64,000 nucleotides of DNA. Source: Candidatus Marinacidobacterium sp. (GTDB lineage: Bacteria > Acidobacteriota > Vicinamibacteria > Marinacidobacterales > Marinacidobacteraceae). Within the stretch, counting starts at the first letter, position 1, and the number at the start of each line of letters is the position of its first letter. Below are positions 10,168 to 19,772 of this stretch, piece by piece. The stretch spans positions 256,001-320,000 of the forward strand of contig OZ244852.1 of assembly GCA_965220965.1 (NCBI GenBank), given 5' to 3'. The position numbers were made by a program, and so were the translations under genes. The notes under the pieces were generated by a model. The model did no database searches. It was not told the DNA's origin and worked only from the letters and a program-made list of their open reading frames with translations.

Positions 10168-11510
10168 CCCCGGCCTCCGACACCAGGACCGCCGCCCGGA
10201 TGGCGCCGGTGGCGTCCGGCCCGCTCGGCTTCGGGCGGATGTTCCGGATGTGGCTCCCGATGGCCGCGACCTGGATCATGATGTCGATGGAGGGGCTGCT
10301 GGTCGCGGCGCTCGTGGGCCGGTTGCCCGACTCCACCGTGAACCTCGCCGCCTACGGGGTGGCGTTCGCCTTCGCGCTGATCGTCGAGTCCCCGATCATC
10401 ATGCTGCTGAGCGCCTCGACCGCGCTCTGTTCGGATCGCCAGGCGTTCCACGCGCTGCGCCGGTTCGGCGCCATCCTGAATCTCACCCTGACCGCGCTGA
10501 TGGTCGCGTGGGTTCTGTCGCCGCTGTATCCGTACGTGGCGACCGATCTCATGCGGCTCGATCCGGAGGTGGCCGAGCTGAGCCGCATCGCGATGCTCGT
10601 GCTCGTTCCGTGGCCCGCCGCCATCGGCTACCGCCGCTTCTACCAGGGGATCCTGATCCGCCAGGGCTACACCCGGCGGGTGGCCTACGGAACGGTCGTG
10701 CGCTTCGCCGGCATGGCGGTGACCGCGCTGGCCCTCTACAACGCCCCGATCCCCGGGGCGCTCGTCGGGGCGGCCGCTCTCTCGGTGGCGGTCGTGGTGG
10801 AGGCGATCTGCACCCGCTGGATGGTGGCCTCCGGGGTGCGGAAGGTCGTTCTGACGCCGCACGCGGGGGACCCGCTCACCACCCGGAAGATCCTCCACTT
10901 CTACATCCCGCTGCTCATCAGTTCCGTCATCGCGCTCGCGATCCATCCGCTCGTCAACCTGTTCCTTGGACACTCCCGGCTGGCGCTCGAATCGCTCGCC
11001 ACCTACCCGGTGGTCGCCGCGCTCTCGTTCGTGTTCCGCAGCATGGGGCTGTCGTTCCAGGAGGTCGCCATCGCCACGATGGACGGGACGCGCGCCCGGA
11101 TCCGCGAGCTGCTCCGCTTCGCGCTCGGACTCGGCCTCGTGGCGAGCGCGGCTCAGGGGCTCATCGCGTTCACGCCGCTGGCCGGCCTGTGGTTCGGCGG
11201 GGTGAACGGGCTCACCGGCGATCTGGTGGGTCTCTCCGTTGATGCGCTCGAAGTGCTCGTCGTGATGCCGCTCGCGTCCGTGTCGCTCGCGTTCTGCCGG
11301 GCGCTGCTGGTGTGGGCGGGGGAGACCCGGGCGATCACCTGGGCGGGGTTCCTCGAGACGGCGGCCGTGATCACGATCCTTTGGGTCCTCATCCAGCCGT
11401 GGGGGATGATCGGGGTCTTCGCGGCCTCCTGGGCGGTGCTGCTGTCGCGCTTCATCGACCTCCTCGCGCTCTGGGGCTGGTCCGTCCGGGTCGTGCGCCG
11501 GATGGCGTAG
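10164..11510 (+). CDS. MOP/MATE-superfamily polytopic membrane protein (ANKH-like)
   Basis: About 12 hydrophobic segments with internal two-fold symmetry (MWLPMAATW..NLAAYGVA / FYIPLLISS..SLATYPVV). ATGA overlap with hemW. Confidence 0.65.
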   Translation: MTPASDTRTAARMAPVASGPLGFGRMFRMWLPMAATWIMMSMEGLLVAALVGRLPDSTVNLAAYGVAFAFALIVESPIIMLLSASTALCSDRQAFHALRRFGAILNLTLTALMVAWVLSPLYPYVATDLMRLDPEVAELSRIAMLVLVPWPAAIGYRRFYQGILIRQGYTRRVAYGTVVRFAGMAVTALALYNAPIPGALVGAAALSVAVVVEAICTRWMVASGVRKVVLTPHAGDPLTTRKILHFYIPLLISSVIALAIHPLVNLFLGHSRLALESLATYPVVAALSFVFRSMGLSFQEVAIATMDGTRARIRELLRFALGLGLVASAAQGLIAFTPLAGLWFGGVNGLTGDLVGLSVDALEVLVVMPLASVSLAFCRALLVWAGETRAITWAGFLETAAVITILWVLIQPWGMIGVFAASWAVLLSRFIDLLALWGWSVRVVRRMA

Positions 11511-11520
11511 CCAGCGAGCT

Positions 11521-12618
11521 TCAGTCGGGCTGGTCGCCGCCAGGTCCGGGAGGCTCGCCGGGCAGGGGCTCCGCGAGCGAGACCTCGCGGCCGAGGCGCG
11601 AGGAGTGGCGGATCGCCTGGACCACGCGCAGCGAGCGCAGCGCCTCCTCCCCGGTGAGGACCGGGTCGCGGTCTTCGCGGACGGCGTCCGCCATGTCCTG
11701 GAGCTGGACCCGGTGGCGGGTCTGCGGGTAGGCCCAGGGATCGTCGGTGTCCACCCAGTCGGTCGTCTCCGGCAGGTTCGGGGGCCCGGGAGAACCGTCG
11801 ACCTCCCAGACCAGGAACCGGTCGTACTGGGCGTTCGCCACGACCGTCCCCCGCTCGCCGTGGATCTCCAGCCGGGAGAGCAGCGCCGGCCGCAGCGAGG
11901 TCGTGCTGGTCACCGTGCCGAGCGCCCCGTTCCCGAACCGGAGCAGCGCGACGGCGGTGTCTTCGACCTCGATCGCGTGGCGCTTCGTCGCCACCCGGCC
12001 GGTCACCGCCGCGACCGGGCCGACGAGGTGCTGGAGCAGGTCCACGATGTGGATCGACTGCGTCATCAGGCAGCCGCCCCCTTCGAGCGCCTCGGTCCCC
12101 CGCCAGGCGGCGCGGTCGTAGTAGGCGGCGGTCCGGCTGGACTTGTCGATTGCGTCGGCGAGGTAGATCTCCCCGAGGCCGCCGGAACCAAGCAGCCGGC
12201 CGAGTTCGCGGGCCACCCGCCCGAACCGCATCTGGAAGATGACGCCGAGGCGCACCCCGGCGGCCCGGCAGGCGGCGATCATCCGGTGGGCCGCCTCCAG
12301 GTTCGCTTCCAGCGGCTTCTCCACGAGGGAGTGCTTCCCCGCCTCGGCGGCGGCGATCGTCATCTCGGCGTGGCGCCCCGTCGGGGTGAGCACCGCCACG
12401 ACATCCACTTCGGGGTCCAGCACGAGCTCCCGGTAGTCGGTGGTCCACCGCCGGGCGCCGTGGGCCTCGGCGAAGGCGCGCGCCTGATCCGGATTCCGGG
12501 AGGCGACCGACACGAGCTCCGCCCCCTCGACGAAGCGCAGCTCGGAGGCGACGAACCCCCCGGACATGCCGGTCCCGATCAGCCCGAACCCAACGGGGCG
12601 GCGCGATCCGGTTCCCAC
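11521..12618 (-). CDS. Gfo/Idh/MocA family oxidoreductase
   Basis: GLIGTG, DPEVDVV..TP..H, AGKHSLVEKP, GGGCLMTQSIHIVD. Confidence 0.9.
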   Translation of the reverse strand: MGTGSRRPVGFGLIGTGMSGGFVASELRFVEGAELVSVASRNPDQARAFAEAHGARRWTTDYRELVLDPEVDVVAVLTPTGRHAEMTIAAAEAGKHSLVEKPLEANLEAAHRMIAACRAAGVRLGVIFQMRFGRVARELGRLLGSGGLGEIYLADAIDKSSRTAAYYDRAAWRGTEALEGGGCLMTQSIHIVDLLQHLVGPVAAVTGRVATKRHAIEVEDTAVALLRFGNGALGTVTSTTSLRPALLSRLEIHGERGTVVANAQYDRFLVWEVDGSPGPPNLPETTDWVDTDDPWAYPQTRHRVQLQDMADAVREDRDPVLTGEEALRSLRVVQAIRHSSRLGREVSLAEPLPGEPPGPGGDQPD

Positions 12619-12649
12619 GCCGCCACCGTATCAGCGGCGGCCGCTTCCC

Positions 12650-13999
12650 TCAGGCGGGGCGGGTGCGGCGGAAGACGGCGTAGGCGGCGAGGCCGAGCGC
12701 GAGGAAGCCGAGCGAGAACCAGACGCCGGAGCGGGGGCCGGTGAAGAAGAGGCCGATCCAGAGCGCGAGCGAGAGGAGCGCCGGGATCGGGTAAAGCCAC
12801 ATCCGGAACGGCTGCGGGATGTCCTTCCGGTAGCGGGCGAGGAGCAGAACGGCCACGCACTGCCACGCGAAGCGGAGCAGGATCTGGACCTGCATGAGCC
12901 AGTTCACCAGTTGGCCCAGGCTGAAGAAGCAGAACGGGATCGACGCAGCGATGAGCCAGAGCAGCGACACGTGGGGGAAGCCGCGGGTCGGGTGGACGCG
13001 CCCGAAGATCGCGAAGAACTGCCCGTCGCGGGCGGCGGCGTAGGGCATCCGGGAATACCCGAGCGCGAAGGCGAACACCGACGCCACCGCCACGATCAGG
13101 ATGAGGGCCGTGATCAGCGAACCGGCCATGGCGGCGAGCCCCGGATCGCTCACCGTGCGGGCGATGAAGATGGACGCGAGCGTCGTGCTCTGCGCCGCCT
13201 CTTCCCAGGGGATGGCCGCCAGCATGACGGTCGTCATGCCGATGTAGAGCAGCGCGACGACGAGGATCGAGACCAGGATCGAGCGGGGGATGGTCCGCGC
13301 CGGGTCCTTCACCTCCCCCGCGATGTTGCAGACCTGGTTGTAGCCCCCGAAGCTGTACATCGCGATCACCGAGGCCGCGCCGAGGGTCGTCCAGAAACCC
13401 GGTCCCCAGCCATCGGGGGGCGTGAGCGCGGGCGGCGCCGGGGAATGGAGCAGACCCGAGACGATCACCCACCCGGTCGTCGCGATCACCAGCGCCAGCA
13501 TCACCTTGGAGAGCCGCTCGACCGACTCGATGTTCCGGTAGAGCAGGAACAGCACGAGGAGACAGACGCCGGCGGCGGCGAGGTCGTGCCCCCATCCCGA
13601 CATGTCCGGCAGGTAGTAGCCGAGGTAGTCGGCGAAGCCCACCGCGCCGCCGGCGAGGGAGAGCGGCGCGACCAGCAGGATGTGGAACAGGAACAGGAAC
13701 GCCATCAGGCGTCCCAGCCCGAACGGGCGGAACGCCTCGCGGAGGTAGATGTACGGCCCCCCGGTTCCCGGCAGCGCCGCGCCGAGCTGCGCGTAGACCA
13801 GCCCGTCGGCGAGCGAGAGCAGCGCTCCGAGGAGCCACGCCCACACGATGTGCGGCCCGCCCATCGCGGCCACCATGAGCGGAATCGTCAGGAACGGTCC
13901 GATGCCGACCATCCCGATGATGTTCGTGGCGGAGGCCCCCAGCAGGCCCATCCGCCGCTCGAGCCCGTCGCCCGGAAGGCCGGTCCCCGACTGCGTCAT
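12650..13999 (-). CDS. APC-family amino acid permease
   Basis: GMVGIGPF, YAQLGAALPGTGGPYIYL, YSFGGY..AGEVKDP; about 12 TM segments. The start may instead be GTG 14017. Confidence 0.9.
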   Translation of the reverse strand: MTQSGTGLPGDGLERRMGLLGASATNIIGMVGIGPFLTIPLMVAAMGGPHIVWAWLLGALLSLADGLVYAQLGAALPGTGGPYIYLREAFRPFGLGRLMAFLFLFHILLVAPLSLAGGAVGFADYLGYYLPDMSGWGHDLAAAGVCLLVLFLLYRNIESVERLSKVMLALVIATTGWVIVSGLLHSPAPPALTPPDGWGPGFWTTLGAASVIAMYSFGGYNQVCNIAGEVKDPARTIPRSILVSILVVALLYIGMTTVMLAAIPWEEAAQSTTLASIFIARTVSDPGLAAMAGSLITALILIVAVASVFAFALGYSRMPYAAARDGQFFAIFGRVHPTRGFPHVSLLWLIAASIPFCFFSLGQLVNWLMQVQILLRFAWQCVAVLLLARYRKDIPQPFRMWLYPIPALLSLALWIGLFFTGPRSGVWFSLGFLALGLAAYAVFRRTRPA

Positions 14000-14076
14000 C
14001 GCCCCGGATGTTCTCACGGGCGGTCCCCGGCGCGATCCGGGAAGGCGCGCGCCCTTCGGCGGGAGCGCCGCCGCGA

Positions 14077-14739
14077 TCAGTCCCGGTCGGGCTGCGACAC
14101 GAGCCGCAGGTAGGGCTTCGGCGCCCGCCAGCCGTCGGGGTACTTCTTCCGGGCTTCGTCGTCGGAGACGGCCGGGACGATGATCACGTCGTCGCCGTCC
14201 TTCCAGTTCACCGGAGTGGCGACCTGGTGGGCGGCGGTGAGCTGCATCGAGTCGAGAACCCGGAGCACCTCGTCGAAGTTCCGTCCGGTCGTCATCGGGT
14301 AGGTCAGGGTCAGCCGGATCCGTTTGTCCGGCCCGATCACGAACACCGACCGGACCGTCATGTTCTCGGCCGCCGTGCGGTTCCCGCTCCCCAGCGCGTC
14401 CGGATGGATCATGTCGTAGAGCTTCGCCACCGCGAGGTCATCGTCCCCGATCAGCGGGTAGTCGACCCGGTGTCCCTGGGTCTCCTCGATATCGGACGCC
14501 CAGGCGGCGTGGTCTTCCACCGGGTCCACGCTGAGGCCGATGACCCGGCAGTTGCGCCGCTCGAACTCGGGGCGCAGTCCCGCCATGTAGCCGAGCTCGG
14601 TGGTGCAGACCGGGGTGAAGTCCTTGGGGTGCGAGAAGAGGATGGCCCAGCCGTCCCCGATCCACTCGTGGAAACGGATCGTTCCCTGCGTGGTGCGCGC
14701 GGTGAAGTCGGGCGCGATGTCGCCGATGCGGAGACTCAT
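14077..14739 (-). CDS. 1-Cys peroxiredoxin (Prx6 subfamily)
   Basis: FSHPKDFTPVCTTE, YPMTTGRNFDE, VATPVNW; ATG at 14739. Confidence 0.95.
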   Translation of the reverse strand: MSLRIGDIAPDFTARTTQGTIRFHEWIGDGWAILFSHPKDFTPVCTTELGYMAGLRPEFERRNCRVIGLSVDPVEDHAAWASDIEETQGHRVDYPLIGDDDLAVAKLYDMIHPDALGSGNRTAAENMTVRSVFVIGPDKRIRLTLTYPMTTGRNFDEVLRVLDSMQLTAAHQVATPVNWKDGDDVIIVPAVSDDEARKKYPDGWRAPKPYLRLVSQPDRD

Positions 14740-15518
14740 GCGGTCTGCTCCTGTCGGGGCGCCGCTCGCCGGCCTGCGACGCGCACCAGCTCGTCGAACA
14801 GCGCCTGGTCCACCCCGCCGTGGAGCCGCTCGGGGTGCCACTGGACGGCGTGGGCCCACCAGTCGGGGTCGGCGGCGCCGTTCCCGTTCCGGAACTCGAG
14901 GCCCTCGACGGTGCCGTCCGGCGCGCGGGCGACGACCGCCAGCCCGGCGCCGAGGCGGTCCACCGACTGGTGGTGGATGCTGTTCACGCTCCGTTCTCCG
15001 GCGCCGAGCGCGTCCGCGACCAGGCTGCCCGGGTCGATGATGACCGGATGGCGGAACGCCAGGGTGGCTTCCGGATCCTCGGGGATGCGGGGGTGGTTGG
15101 CCCTGCCGGAAATGTCCTGGTGGAGCGAGCCCCCGAGCGCCACGTTGAGCGCCTGGAGCCCGCGGCAGATCCCGAAGACCGGCAACCGCCGCGTCCGGGC
15201 GGCGAGCACCAGGGCGATGTCCCAGGAGTCTTCTTCGTGGTCGATGTCGGCGCTCACGCCCTCATCCTCACCGGTGTAGCACGAGGGCGAGATGTCGCCG
15301 CCCCCGGTCAGGACCAGACCGTCGAGGTGCGCGACGAGCTCGTCCGTCGCCGCGAGCGGCGCGGGGGGAAGCACGACCGGGATCCCGCCCGCCCGGCGGA
15401 CGGCGTCCACGTACTCCTCGGCGAGGGTGTAGAGCGATTCGTTTCCGAGGATCGTGTCGACCCGGCGCTTCCAGGTGGTGAGCCCGATGCGCGGTCGCGG
15501 CTGTGGCCCGTCGGTCAT
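14736..15518 (-). CDS. Gamma-glutamyl-gamma-aminobutyrate hydrolase family (peptidase C26, PuuD-like)
   Basis: DGLVLTGGGDI, FGICRGLQ (catalytic Cys), VNSIHHQ, VQWHPE. Confidence 0.88.
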   Translation of the reverse strand: MTDGPQPRPRIGLTTWKRRVDTILGNESLYTLAEEYVDAVRRAGGIPVVLPPAPLAATDELVAHLDGLVLTGGGDISPSCYTGEDEGVSADIDHEEDSWDIALVLAARTRRLPVFGICRGLQALNVALGGSLHQDISGRANHPRIPEDPEATLAFRHPVIIDPGSLVADALGAGERSVNSIHHQSVDRLGAGLAVVARAPDGTVEGLEFRNGNGAADPDWWAHAVQWHPERLHGGVDQALFDELVRVAGRRAAPRQEQTA

Positions 15519-15522
15519 CGTC

Positions 15523-16254
15523 TCAGCGCCGCGGGGGGCGGATCCCCCGGAACTCCCAGTCTCCTCCGAGGGCGGTGGAGCGAACTTCCTCCGACGCGGT
15601 GGGCTGGGCGCCATGGCCGCCGGGAACCGGGTTCCCCTCGGTCACCGGGTTCACCAGCCGGCCGAGGCCCTCGACCTCGACGACCACTTCGTCCCCCGGC
15701 GCCACCGGCCGCGAGCCGGCGGGCGTTCCGGTGAACACCAGGTCCCCGGGAAGAAGCGTGTGAGTGCGCGAGAGATCGGCCACCAGGTAGTGCGGATCCC
15801 ACTCCATCTCGTTGGTGTTGCCTGCCTGCCGGACCTCGCCGTTCACCAGTGTCCGGAGCGTCTTCCCCCGGAAGTCCCAGTCGCTCACGCAGGCGTCGAG
15901 CACCGGGCAGAGCGTGTCGGAACCCTTGACCCGGAGCATCGAGCCGGCGTCGGTGTCCCGGAAGTCGTGGAGACCGAAGTCGTTGCCCACCGTGTATCCG
16001 GCGATGAACCGCCCGGCGTCCCCGGGCTCGACCCCCCGGCACGCAGCCCCGATAACCGCCACGATCTCCCCCTCGAAGTTGAGGAAGCGGCATCCCCGCG
16101 GGCGGATCACCGGGTCGCCGCTACCGGTCAGCGCGCTGGGGGGTTTCATGAAATACGTAGGGGCCGGGGGGAGCCGCGCGCCGAACTCCTCGACGCGGCT
16201 GCGGTAGTTGAGATGGACGCAGAGGATCTTGCTCGGGGTTCCGAACGCGGGCAT
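15523..16254 (-). CDS. Fumarylacetoacetate hydrolase family protein
   Basis: KILCVHLNY, FMKPPSAL, FEGEI, GYTVGNDF, TLLPGDLVFTGTP; ATG at 16254. Confidence 0.9.
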   Translation of the reverse strand: MPAFGTPSKILCVHLNYRSRVEEFGARLPPAPTYFMKPPSALTGSGDPVIRPRGCRFLNFEGEIVAVIGAACRGVEPGDAGRFIAGYTVGNDFGLHDFRDTDAGSMLRVKGSDTLCPVLDACVSDWDFRGKTLRTLVNGEVRQAGNTNEMEWDPHYLVADLSRTHTLLPGDLVFTGTPAGSRPVAPGDEVVVEVEGLGRLVNPVTEGNPVPGGHGAQPTASEEVRSTALGGDWEFRGIRPPRR

Positions 16255-16306
16255 TGAGCGGTGCGCCGAAGCCCCGGTCCCGGGGCGTCCGGGCGCAGCG
16301 CAACTC

Positions 16307-16320
16307 AGGGAGGTTAGCAG
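16307..16320 (-). promoter_or_regulatory. Putative extended -10 promoter element (CTGCTAACCTCCCT) upstream of the FAH operon
   Basis: TGn-TAACCT about 55 bp upstream of the start. An identical 14-mer lies upstream of ku at 41373-41386. Confidence 0.45.
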
Positions 16321-16377
16321 GGAGTTCGATGCTCTCCGGCGCCGGATCGCGGTCGAGTCGTACCATCCGGATCCACC

Positions 16378-17637
16378 GTGGAATCCCCGGCCTCCGGCGG
16401 ACCCTGGTCCGCGATCGTCTCGCACGACACCTATCTCGAGGGCGTCCCCTGGGACCTCTTCGCCCGGATGCGCGCCGCCGGGAGCCCGGTGTGGGTGGAC
16501 GAGCCCGAAGGTTCCGGGTTCTGGGCGCTGACGCGCCATCACCAGGTGTTCCACGCCGGGTCGACGCCCCGGCATTTCTCCTGCGCCCGCGGCATCCGCC
16601 TGGAGGAACTCGACGACGAGGAGCTCGAGGCCCGGCGCACGATGATGGAGTACGACGGCGCCGATCACGCTCGGCTCCGGCGGCTGGTGGGCGCCGGGTT
16701 TTCCAGAAAGTCGATCGCCGAGCGGGAGGCGGCGGTCCGGGGGCTCGCCGTCCAGGTCGTGGAGCGCGCGCTCGAGGCGCGCGAGTTCGACTTTGTTTCC
16801 GCCGTCGCCCGCGAACTGCCGATCCGCATGCTCTGCCGGATGCTCGGCGTCTCCGAGGAGGACGCCGACGACCTCGTCGAGTGGGGCGACGCCCTCATCT
16901 CGAACGCCGACCCGGAGCTGTCGCTCGCGGTCGTGGATCAGGTCGACACCGAGGCGTTCCGGCTCCTGCCCTTCCGGAGCCCGGCGGCGGTGGCGGTATT
17001 CGACTACGCGAGCCGGATCCGCGCCGAGCGCCTTCGTCGGCCACGCCCGGACATCCTCTCGGGGATGCTCCACGCCGACGCCGGCGGCTCGCCCCTCACC
17101 GAGCTCGAGTTCCAGAACTTTTTCCTGCTGCTCATCGTGGCGGGGAACGAGACGACGCGCCACACGCTCTCGCTCGGTCTGCTGGCGCTTCTCGAACACC
17201 CCGAGGCGTTCCGCGACATGGTGAGCGACTCCGGGGAGCGCGAGTTCTCCGAATCGGCCACCGAAGAGATCCTGCGCTGGACCTCGGTGACGATGCACTT
17301 CCGGCGGACGCTCACCTGCGACCTCGACTACGAAGGGGCGCCGATGCGGGCGGGGGACAAGGCGGTCCTCTGGTACATCGCCGCGAACCGGGACGGCGCC
17401 GCCTTCCCGGAACCCGACCGGTTCGATCTGCGTCGGGATCCGAATCCCCACCTGGCCTTCGGGGCCGGGCGCCACTTCTGCCTCGGGGCCTGGCTCGCCC
17501 GGCTCGAGATCCGGGTCACGCTCGAGGAGCTCTTCCGCCGCATCCGGGGCGCGGAACTCACCGGGGCGCCCGACCGGCTGCGCTCCAATTTCATCCACGG
17601 GCTGAAGCGGCTCCCGGTCCGCCTCGAGCTTCGCTGA
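16378..17637 (+). CDS. Cytochrome P450 (CYP124/125/142-like by appearance)
   Basis: I-helix AGNETT, ExxR (EEILR), heme motif FGAGRHFCLG. Confidence 0.93.
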   Translation: MESPASGGPWSAIVSHDTYLEGVPWDLFARMRAAGSPVWVDEPEGSGFWALTRHHQVFHAGSTPRHFSCARGIRLEELDDEELEARRTMMEYDGADHARLRRLVGAGFSRKSIAEREAAVRGLAVQVVERALEAREFDFVSAVARELPIRMLCRMLGVSEEDADDLVEWGDALISNADPELSLAVVDQVDTEAFRLLPFRSPAAVAVFDYASRIRAERLRRPRPDILSGMLHADAGGSPLTELEFQNFFLLLIVAGNETTRHTLSLGLLALLEHPEAFRDMVSDSGEREFSESATEEILRWTSVTMHFRRTLTCDLDYEGAPMRAGDKAVLWYIAANRDGAAFPEPDRFDLRRDPNPHLAFGAGRHFCLGAWLARLEIRVTLEELFRRIRGAELTGAPDRLRSNFIHGLKRLPVRLELR

Positions 17638-17672
17638 CGCCTGACGACCCCCCCCATCAGCCGGAGGTTCCC

Positions 17673-19772
17673 ATGCGCCAACCCCTGATCCATCGAACGC
17701 TCCGCGCCGCGGCCTTCCTCTCCGGTTTCCTGCTCGCCGGAGCGGCGGCCGCCGCCCAGGCGCCCTTCACCATGGCCGACGCGCTTTCGGCGCCGTTCCC
17801 GACCTCGCTGGTCGCCGCGCCCGACGGAAGCCGGGTGGCCTGGGTGTTCGACGAACGGGGCGCCCGGAACGTCTGGACCGCCGAGGCGCCGGACTTCAGC
17901 GGCCAGCGTCGGACCTCGTTCGAGGGGGACGCCGGGACCACGATCAGCGCGCTGGCGTTTTCCCGCGATGGGCGCCGACTCGCCTTCATCCGGGGGGACG
18001 GGCCGAACCGGGCGGGCGAACTGCCGAACCCCACCCATGATCCCGGCGGCGTGGAGCGGGCGCTGTGGATCCTCGACGGCGACGCGGCGCCCCGGCGGCT
18101 CACGGAACCGGCCTCGGCGCCTCTGTTCACCGCGGCCGGAGACGCCGTGCTGTTCCTGCGCGGCGGCAAGGTTCACCGCATCGGCCTCGAACCGGACGCC
18201 GAGCCGGAACAACTGATCGACGGCCGGGGATCCTTCGGAAGCCTGCGGCTCTCGCCGGACGGCGACCGGCTCGCGCTCGTGTCATCGCGGGGAGCGCACT
18301 CGTTCGTGGGGGTCTACGACTTCGAAGCGGAGTCCCTCCACTATCTGGATCCGGCGGTGGACCGCGATGGTTCGCCGGCGTTCTCCCCCGACGGCTCCGC
18401 GGTCGCCTTCCTCCGCCAGCCGCCGGTCCTCGAGCCCTACCTGTTCGTCCCTCGCCGGGAAGGCCCGCCCTGGAGCATCCGGGTGGTGGAGCTCGGCGAG
18501 AACGGTCCGGGCAAGGCGCGCGAGATCTTCCGGGCCGCTCCGGGCCCGGGGAGCGTGTTCTCCGGCACGGCGTCGGCGGACCAGTTGTTCTGGACCGCGG
18601 ACGAAAGGGTCCTCTTTCCCTGGGAGCAGAGCGGCTACCGCCACTTCTACGCAGTGAATGCGTCCGGCGGGGACCCGGAGGCCCTCGCTTCCGGAGCGTT
18701 CGAGGTGGAGTACGCCGTGTCGGACGGCGCGGGCGGCCTGATCGCCGCCACCAACCAGGGCGACATCGACCGCCGCCACCTGTGGCGGCTGGCGCCCGGC
18801 GTCGCGCCCGAGGCGCTGACCTCAGGGCGGGGGATCGAGACGCTCCCGGTCGCGGTGGCCGGCGGCGCCGCCTGGCTGGGCGGCGACGGCCGCCGCCCGC
18901 TCCAGCCGATCGTGCGGGTGGGAGACGGGCCCGAGCGCCCGATGGCACCGGAGGCGTTCCCGGCCGACTTTCCTCTCGACCACATGGTCGAGCCGGAAGC
19001 CGTGGTCTTCCACGCGGCGGACGGCATGGAAATCCACGGCCAGTTGTTCCGGCCGCCGGGAGGGGCGGCGGAGCCGGGGCCGGGGGTCCTGTTCCTCCAC
19101 GGCGGGTCGCGCCGCCAGATGCTGCTCGGCTGGCACTACATGGGCTACTACTCGAACTGCTACGCCTTCCACCAGTACCTGGCGAACCAGGGCTTCACCG
19201 TGCTCTCGGTCAACTTCCGCAGCGGCACCGGCTACGGGATGGAGTTCCGGGAGGCGCTGAACTACGGAGCGAGCGGGGCCGCCGAACACCAGGACGTGCT
19301 CGGCGCCGGACGTTTCCTCGCCGACCTGCCCGGAGTGGACCCGGAGCGGATCGGGCTCTGGGGCGGTTCCTACGGCGGGTATCTGACCGCGATGGGGCTG
19401 TCGCGGGCATCCGATCTGTTCGCCGCCGGGGTGGACATCCACGGCGTCCACGACTGGAACCGCACGATCCAGGGGTTCCTCCCGAGCTACGAGCCGGAGA
19501 ACTTTCCCGAGCAGGCCCGCCTGGCCTTCGAGTCCTCACCGCTCGCCTCGGTGGATGGCTGGCGCTCGCCGGTGCTGCTGATCCACGGCGATGACGACCG
19601 GAATGTCCCGTTCAACGAAACGGTCGAGCTGGTCGAGGAACTCCGTAAGCGCGGGGTCGAGCACGAGCTGCTCGTGTTCCCGGACGAGGTGCACGGCTTC
19701 CTGCGCCGCGCGAGCTGGGTCGAACTCTTCGAACGAAGCGCCGACTTCCTCAGTCGCCACCTGGAGCGCTGA
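17673..19772 (+). CDS. S9 family peptidase (dipeptidyl/acylaminoacyl peptidase), secreted
   Basis: Signal peptide, propeller SPDG repeats, GGSYGG nucleophile, HGDDDRNV, DEVHGF. GGAGG RBS before ATG 17673. Confidence 0.92.
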   Translation: MRQPLIHRTLRAAAFLSGFLLAGAAAAAQAPFTMADALSAPFPTSLVAAPDGSRVAWVFDERGARNVWTAEAPDFSGQRRTSFEGDAGTTISALAFSRDGRRLAFIRGDGPNRAGELPNPTHDPGGVERALWILDGDAAPRRLTEPASAPLFTAAGDAVLFLRGGKVHRIGLEPDAEPEQLIDGRGSFGSLRLSPDGDRLALVSSRGAHSFVGVYDFEAESLHYLDPAVDRDGSPAFSPDGSAVAFLRQPPVLEPYLFVPRREGPPWSIRVVELGENGPGKAREIFRAAPGPGSVFSGTASADQLFWTADERVLFPWEQSGYRHFYAVNASGGDPEALASGAFEVEYAVSDGAGGLIAATNQGDIDRRHLWRLAPGVAPEALTSGRGIETLPVAVAGGAAWLGGDGRRPLQPIVRVGDGPERPMAPEAFPADFPLDHMVEPEAVVFHAADGMEIHGQLFRPPGGAAEPGPGVLFLHGGSRRQMLLGWHYMGYYSNCYAFHQYLANQGFTVLSVNFRSGTGYGMEFREALNYGASGAAEHQDVLGAGRFLADLPGVDPERIGLWGGSYGGYLTAMGLSRASDLFAAGVDIHGVHDWNRTIQGFLPSYEPENFPEQARLAFESSPLASVDGWRSPVLLIHGDDDRNVPFNETVELVEELRKRGVEHELLVFPDEVHGFLRRASWVELFERSADFLSRHLER

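Noticed and set aside
16254-17672. Apparent long N-terminal extensions or fusions in the ORF track (1172-aa S9, 911-aa HemW, 598-aa QueG, 691-aa FAH)
   Set aside because: The extensions are off-frame or antisense readings of neighbouring genes; internal starts with an RBS or stop/start overlap explain the real proteins.
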